The notes under the pieces are model-generated. The model was given only the letters and a program-made list of their open reading frames with translations. It did not search any database and was not told the DNA's origin. The translations under genes and the position numbers were made by a program. A stretch of DNA of 15,105 bases from Nitrospirota bacterium (GTDB taxonomy: Bacteria > Nitrospirota > JACRHJ01): the NCBI GenBank assembly GCA_963845245.1, contig CAWJRJ010000033.1, forward strand, positions 1-15,105, written 5' to 3'. Within the stretch, counting starts at the first letter, position 1, and every line of letters starts with the position of its first letter. Positions 7,120 to 15,105 of this stretch are shown piece after piece.

Positions 7120-7830
7120 ATGACATTCTTGCCTGATAGAAGGAGCGGGAAGGAACTGCTCGATATCCCTTCCGAGCAGGGGGATTTTCCGGAGTTTGCA
7201 CAGAGCATGGCCGATATCAGGACGGTGAACCGCCTCCTTGGCGGCAAATGTTCGATATTAAGGCATCTGGACGAGCTTGCCGGGTTTGGCGAAAGAGGGC
7301 CTTTAAGGGTTCTGGACGTCGCTACGGGCTCGGCGGACATACCTGTAGCGATAGCAGACTGGGCAAGGCGCAAAGGCATCGCCGTGAAGATAACGGCGGT
7401 AGACATAAACCCGAACGTTATAAGGGTTGCGGCGGGCTATGTGGAGGGATATCCGGAGATAACCCTTGTGCGTGCGGATGGGTTCAGGCTGCCGTTCAAG
7501 GCCGGGTCGTTCGATATTGTAACCTGCTCGCTCACGCTCCACCACTTTACGGAAGAGGATACTGTAAAGTTCCTGGGGCATATTACCGGGTATGCAGGCA
7601 AGGGGTGTATAATAGGAGACTTGAGGCGGAGCTGGATCGCATACTTCCTCTTTTACCTCATAACCGTGTTTTTCCTCAGAAACCGCTACACGAGGCATGA
7701 CGGCCTGCTCTCGGTGCTGAAATCCTATACCCCGGAAGAGTTGGAACGACTTGCGGGTGAGGCAGGACTTAGCGGGTTCAGGGTTTTAAAACATCCGTTC
7801 TGGCGGATGGCGCTGGTGGGCTGCAGATGA
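7120..7830 (+). CDS. Class I SAM-dependent methyltransferase (subfamily usually adjacent to type III PKS / alkylresorcinol genes)
   Basis: VLDVATGSAD motif I, AVDIN, LPFKAGSFDIVTCSLTLHHF. The N-terminal RRSxxELLD...DIRTVNRLLGG and C-terminal RHDGLLSVLKSYTPEEL segments are characteristic of this subfamily. Confidence 0.9.
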   Translation: MTFLPDRRSGKELLDIPSEQGDFPEFAQSMADIRTVNRLLGGKCSILRHLDELAGFGERGPLRVLDVATGSADIPVAIADWARRKGIAVKITAVDINPNVIRVAAGYVEGYPEITLVRADGFRLPFKAGSFDIVTCSLTLHHFTEEDTVKFLGHITGYAGKGCIIGDLRRSWIAYFLFYLITVFFLRNRYTRHDGLLSVLKSYTPEELERLAGEAGLSGFRVLKHPFWRMALVGCR

Positions 7831-9056
7831 CGGAGAATATTAAGTTTTCGGTAGCGACCAACTTCGACGGCGGGCTGATAGAAGCGCTCAGGGGTTACCC
7901 CGTGGCAGAGTTGTTCGGAAAGCTACCGTCCGACAAGATGGGCGGTGGGCGCGCGTCGTTCATGCTTGCCCCGACCGGAGTGGATGAGTTCAAGAGGCAT
8001 GTAAGGCAGGCTGCCGAAAACGGAATCGGGTTCAATTACCTGCTTAATGCAGCGTGCCTGGACAACTCGGAGTATACAAGGGCGGGCAGGCGCGAGCTTT
8101 ACCGCGTGCTTGATTTTATTAAAGAGTGCGGCATCGGGAGCGTCACAATATCGCTTCCGTCCCTGCTGCCTGCGATAAAGAAATATGCCCCTGGCCTGAA
8201 GGTGCGGATAGGGGTTTATGCAAGGGTTGACTCGGTCGCGAAGGCGCGGTTCTGGGAGGATTCCGGTGCGGACAGCATCGCGCTTGAGTCCATCTCCGTG
8301 AACCGTGACTTCAGGCTGCTGGAGAATATCAGGAAGGCGGTCGGTCTTGAGCTGCAGCTCCTTGTCAATTCCAACTGCCTGATGTTCTGCCCGCTCTCAG
8401 GCCAGCATATGGTGAACCTCTCGCACGCGTCGCAGAAGGGACACATAAGCCGGGGCTTCTTCATTGACTATTGCGCCCTTAAGTGCTCTTATGAGAAACT
8501 CAGGGAGCCGGTGAACTACCTGCGCTCCGAGTTCATAAGGCCGGAGGACCTGAGGCTTTACACTGATATGGGCTATACCTCCTTCAAGGTGCTTGAACGG
8601 GGCGCTCCCACGGAGGTCATGGCAATGCGGGTCAAGGCATACTCGGAAGGGCGGTTTGAGGGGAACCTGCTGGACCTCATCCAGCCCTACGGCTACAAGT
8701 CCGGCAATAAAGAGGGAAAACTGGCCGCGGGCTTGAAATTCTGGAAATTCTTTTTCAGGCCGCGTACCGTTAAGCTTACCGGGCTTATGAAGCTTAAAAA
8801 GCTCGCCGAGAGGCGCGGGATGCTGGCGCCACTCGATGGAGACCCGGTATATCTGGACAACAGGGCGCTGGACGGTTTCCTTGATGGGTTCAGGGGCAGG
8901 AACTGCAGGTCCACGGACTGTAACGAGTGCGGCTGGTGCGCATCGTTTACGAAAAAGGCTGTGAGGGTGGAAGCAGAGTACAGGACAGAGATGCTTGCTA
9001 TGTATGACGACTGCTTCCGTGAGATGGACTCAGGTATGTTATGGGGGCTTGGTTGA
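7827..9056 (+). CDS. Peptidase U32-family protein (probable Fe-S protein)
   Basis: FNYLLNAAC, SVNRDFRLLENIR, LLVNSNCLMFCP, DYCALKC, FIRPEDL and FKVLERG motifs, plus a C-terminal CRSTDCNECGWC. ATGA overlap with the methyltransferase. Confidence 0.85.
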   Translation: MTENIKFSVATNFDGGLIEALRGYPVAELFGKLPSDKMGGGRASFMLAPTGVDEFKRHVRQAAENGIGFNYLLNAACLDNSEYTRAGRRELYRVLDFIKECGIGSVTISLPSLLPAIKKYAPGLKVRIGVYARVDSVAKARFWEDSGADSIALESISVNRDFRLLENIRKAVGLELQLLVNSNCLMFCPLSGQHMVNLSHASQKGHISRGFFIDYCALKCSYEKLREPVNYLRSEFIRPEDLRLYTDMGYTSFKVLERGAPTEVMAMRVKAYSEGRFEGNLLDLIQPYGYKSGNKEGKLAAGLKFWKFFFRPRTVKLTGLMKLKKLAERRGMLAPLDGDPVYLDNRALDGFLDGFRGRNCRSTDCNECGWCASFTKKAVRVEAEYRTEMLAMYDDCFREMDSGMLWGLG

Positions 9057-9058
9057 GT

Positions 9059-9517
9059 ATGTATACCGAGAATAACATAATCATAAACGGGTCGGCGAAG
9101 AGGGTGTTCGAGCTTGCGTCCGACGTACTGATGTGGCCCGTGCACCTCCCGCATTACCGCTGGGTGAGGCTTGTAAAGGAGAATGGCGGTTCGAGGGTCG
9201 TCGAGATGGCGGCGCACCGGGACGGTATCCCGGTGAAATGGACCTCCATACTTGAACCCCTCCCGCACGAAAAAAAGATAATCTTCCGGCACATCAAGGG
9301 GCCGACAAAGGGGATGTACGTCGAGTGGATTATAAGCGAAAATGGCGACGGGTGGGTGGACGTGCGCATCACCCACGAGTTCAGTCATCCCTGGCCGGTA
9401 ATCGGGCCATTTATAGGGAAATATATAATAGGGAAATTCTTCGTCCATAACATAGCCGGGAAGACCCTGAGACGGATCAAACAGATAGTGGAATCGGAAA
9501 TGGAGGCAGCGGCCTGA
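9059..9517 (+). CDS. SRPBCC/START-family polyketide cyclase/aromatase
   Basis: TENNIIINGSAKRVFELASDVLMWPVHLPHY...WTS...IIFRHIKGPTKGMYVEW...GKTLRRIKQIVE matches a Polyketide_cyc fold. The ATG at 9059 is 2 nt after the U32 stop. Confidence 0.88.
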   Translation: MYTENNIIINGSAKRVFELASDVLMWPVHLPHYRWVRLVKENGGSRVVEMAAHRDGIPVKWTSILEPLPHEKKIIFRHIKGPTKGMYVEWIISENGDGWVDVRITHEFSHPWPVIGPFIGKYIIGKFFVHNIAGKTLRRIKQIVESEMEAAA

Positions 9518-10759
9518 TGACAGACAACGGGCAATTAAGAGGGTGGTAATTACCGGGATAGGTGCCATAACGTCCCTGGGTATGGGGCGGGAAGGCCTCT
9601 GGGACGGTATACTTGCCAACAGGTCCGGTATCTCCGGGATAACCAGCTTCGACGCCTCCTCGTTTCGGACTCAGGTCGCGGGCGAGATAAAGGATTTCGA
9701 CGTCTCGACGTTCGCTTCCAAGAAGGCGATAAAGAGGCTCGACCGCTTCTCCGCCTTTGCAGTGGCGGCTGCGCGTATGGCGGCGGAGGACTCAGGGCTT
9801 GACCTTTCCGCCAATTCCGACGCAGGCATCGTGATGGGCTCGGCCTTGGGCGGCCTGGGCTTCGCCGAGGAACAGCACGACGTATACCGCGAACGCGGCC
9901 TGAAATCCGTCAACCCCAACCTGGCGCTGATGGTGTTCGGGGCGTCAAGCTCCTGCCACATAGCGATAGAGCTTGGCTTGAAGGGGCCGAACATCACCAA
10001 CTCCAACAGCTGCGCCTCCGGCACGATGGCCGTGGGCGAGGCGTTCGAGATGATACGCTCGGGCCGCGCAAAGACGATCCTTGCGGGCGGGGCCGAGGCG
10101 CCGCTATATCCGCTCACCTTCGCCTCGTTCACGATTATCAGGGCCATGACCACGCGAAACGACGACCCGGCAGGCTCGTGCCGCCCGTTTGACTCCGGCC
10201 GCGACGGGTTTGTCATGGGCGAGGGCTCGGCCGTGCTCGTGCTTGAGGAGATGGAAAGCGCGATGGAGCGCGGGGCGCGCATATACGCCGAGGTGCTGGG
10301 CTACGGCCTGACGAACGACGCGTTCCACATGACGTCCTCGCGGGACGACGGGGAGTGCGCCGCCGAGGCGGTGACGATCGCGCTCCGGCAGGCGGGCATT
10401 ACTCCGTCGGACATAGGCTACCTGAACGCGCACGGAAGCTCGACCGCGATGAACGACAGGAACGAGACGGCGGCGGTGAAGAGGGCGCTGGGCGAATATG
10501 CCTACAAGATACCGATGAGCAGCACCAAGCCGTTCCATGCGCATCCGCTTGGCGCGACCGGGGCCATCGAGGCCGCCATCTGCGCGCTCGCCATAAAGGA
10601 GGAATACCTGCCTCCGACGCTTAACCTTACCGACCCCGACCCGGACTGCGACCTGGACTATATACCCCTCACCGGCAGGAAGGCGAAGGTCGATTACGTG
10701 CTGTCGAACTCGTTCGGGTTCGGCGGGATGAACGCGAGTCTGGTGTTGGGGAGGGTGTA

Positions 10760-10760
<1 letters not shown>
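9517..10760 (+). CDS. fabF: Beta-ketoacyl-ACP synthase II (FabF/KS-alpha-like ketosynthase); in-frame from 9543, true start probably ATG 9517 with a 1-nt deletion
   Basis: RVVITGIG, catalytic Cys in NSNSCASG, RPFDSGRDGFVMGEG, YLNAHGSST (His), STKPFHAHPLGATG (His) and SNSFGFGGMN. Confidence 0.9.
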
Positions 10761-12875
<2,115 letters not shown>

Positions 12876-15105
12876 TCGTCCGATCAGATCATGCTGGCTG
12901 CGCAGACGACCAACAGCGTTCTTTCGTGCAGCCTTTGGGGCGGCTGGGGCTTTGGCATGACCACGCAACTGGAAGCCAATACCAGCGGGGCGTCTTCCTA
13001 CGTCCTACCGTTTGATTTTGTATGGGATATCCCGATCGTATCCGTGGCCGGGATAACCGTCATGCCGACCAACGGCCTGACGACAACCGAGAGCGGCGGC
13101 ACGGCCCAGTTTACCGTCATGCTCAACTCGTCGCCGACATCCTCCGTCTCGATCGGACTTTCGTCGAGCGACCCGACGGAGGGAACGGTTTCGCCGACGA
13201 GCCTGACGTTCACCGGTTTCCCGAACTGGGGCACGGCCCAGACGGTGACAGTCACGGGCGTGGATGACCTGATGGCGGACGGCAATATCCCCTATTCCAT
13301 CATCACCACCCCGGCCACCAGCAGCGATCCGAATTACAGCGGGATTAACCCGAGCGACGTGTCGGTTATCAACACCGACAATGATACGGTCAACACGTTG
13401 ACGGTGGACACGACCAACGACGTTGCAGACGGCACAACGACTTCCATCTCCGCGCTCCTGTCAAACAAAGGCGCGGATGGCAAGATATCGCTGAGAGAGG
13501 CGATCCTCGCGGCTAACAACACGGCCAACGGCACAGGCGGCGCGGACCGGATCTATTTCAATATCGCAGGCGGCGGCGTTCACACGATCAATGTGCTGTC
13601 AGCCCTGCCGACCATTTCGGGCGCCGTCCTTATCGACGGCACAACCCAGCCGGGCTTCAGCGGCACGCCGCTGATCGAGCTCAACGGCGCCTCGGCCGGT
13701 GCTGGCGTGAACGGCTTGAGCATCACCGCCGGCAATAGCACCGTTTCCGCCATGACGATCAACCGATTCTCCGGAGCCGGCATTTCCTTGAGTGGCGCGG
13801 GCGGCAATACGATCCGCGGCGCCTATATCGGCACGGACGCAACGGGCGGCGTCGCCCTCAGCAATGCCGTCGACGGAATCACCGTTTCAAGTCAGGGCAA
13901 TACGATCGGCGGCACGAATGCGGGGGCTGGCAACGTCATTTCAGGCAATGGAAGCAATGGCATTTATCTGGCCCCAGCCGCCGCGAACAACCTGATCCAG
14001 GGCAACTTCATCGGCCTCGCGATTTCCGGCACGAGCGGATTGGGCAACGCATACCAAGGGATCGACGTGCAAAGCTCGGGCAATATCATCGGCGGCGTGA
14101 CGTTCCGGGGCCGGCAACGTCATCTCTGGAAACAGCGGCAACGGGATCCTCATCGAGGGCACGGCATCCGGTACGCTGATTCAGGAGAACCTTCGGCACC
14201 GACGCCAGTGGAAGCAACGCCTTGGGAAACGCGTACTCGGGCGTGTTCATCCAGGGCGGCACCAACACGGTCGTGGGCGGCGCGACGGCAGGGGCGCGCA
14301 ATGTCATTTCGGGTGCTCCATCGCAGGCGTCTCCATTTTCAGTGCGTCGACCAGCAACAATCTCGTCAAAGGAAATTACATCGGCTTGGATATCACCGGC
14401 GCATTCGCACTGTCCAATCCATCTGGAATCGACATCGACGGCTCCCGCGGCAACACCATAGGCGGTACGGCGGCCGGAGAAGGGAACGTCATCTCCGGAA
14501 ACTCCCAGCGGGGCGTCGCGCTCTACAACGGCACCATGTCCGACCTCATCATGGGAAACCGCATCGGCACCGGGGCTGACGGCCTGACGCCGATCGGCAA
14601 CGGCACGGCCGGCGTTTGGCTCGCTGACGCTTCGAGCAACTCGATCGGCGGCACGGTCGCCGGGTCTTCAAACATCATCGCCAATACGTCCGCCGGAAAC
14701 GGCGTTACTGTCTCCGGCGCCAGCACTGGAGACGCGATCCTCGGCAACTCAATCTACAACAATAGTGGCCTCGGCATTGACCTGGGCAACGACGGCGTCA
14801 CGATCAACGACCCGAACGATCCCGATAGCGGTCCAAACGGATTGCAGAACACGCCAGAGATAACCGTGGTCAAGACCGATGGCGCACAGGTCACGATAAA
14901 CGGCTTCCTCAACAGCATTCCCTCGCGAAACTACCGCATCGAGTTCTTCGCCAATTCCACCCAGAGTACAAGTGGCTACGGCGAGGGCGCGCGGTACCTG
15001 GGCTCCACTAACGTGACTACGACGGCTCGGGTAATGTGAATTTCACCTCTACATTGGTCGCCAGTGTTCTGGTTGGGAATTCGTTTCGGCTACGGCTACG
15101 GAGCT
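12876..15105 (+). CDS. Internal fragment of a large extracellular/adhesin-like protein (Calx-beta-like module, CSLREA motif, right-handed parallel beta-helix repeats); frameshifted, no visible start, runs off the window
   Basis: ITVMPTNGLTTTESGGTAQFTVMLNSSPTSSVSIGLSSSDPTEGTVSPTSLTF; DGKISLREAILAAN; IDGTTQPGFSGTPLIELNG; repeated NTIGG...GNVISGN...IxGNxIG units; GNSIYNNSGLGIDLGNDGVTINDPNDPDSGPNGLQN; YRIEFFAN. Confidence 0.8.

Noticed and set aside
7827..9056. Collagenase/protease or UbiU/UbiV assignment for the U32 gene
   Set aside because: No ubiT, second U32 or prenyltransferase nearby. The Cys pattern and context argue for a different Fe-S role.
13780..14770. Nucleotide repeats such as ATCGGCGGCACG and AACGTCATCTCCGGAAAC as a repeat array or DGR template/variable pair
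   Set aside because: They are degenerate coding repeats of beta-helix units (NTIGG/GNVISGN). I saw no adenine-specific mismatch pattern and no reverse transcriptase gene.

Overview
Bacterial genomic window, mostly GC-rich and probably from an anaerobe (inferred from gene content only). From left to right: (1) a partial HlyC/CorC (CNNM-CBS) gene; (2) a ~1.1 kb accessory segment with an AbrB/MazE-type antitoxin, a RelE/ParE-like toxin and an AT-rich membrane ORF, bracketed by two near-identical GTAG-type REP palindromes; (3) an isocitrate dehydrogenase-family gene; (4) a frameshifted PTPS-related/YfhO-like polytopic membrane gene; (5) a + strand cluster encoding a B12-binding radical SAM enzyme, a 66-aa ORF, a SAM methyltransferase, a Cys-rich U32-family protein, an SRPBCC cyclase/aromatase and a FabF-type ketosynthase; (6) a multiply frameshifted glgX that is cut just before its C-terminus and joined abruptly to the middle of a large CSLREA/beta-helix surface-protein gene. 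The best candidate for an undescribed system is the tightly coupled MT-U32-SRPBCC-KS operon, with or without the radical SAM gene. It looks like an oxygen-independent route to aromatic polyketide lipids (alkylresorcinol or alkyl-quinone type), with a U32 Fe-S protein standing in for the usual flavin monooxygenase. This is an inference. Single-base indels increase toward the right end and most likely reflect sequencing error.
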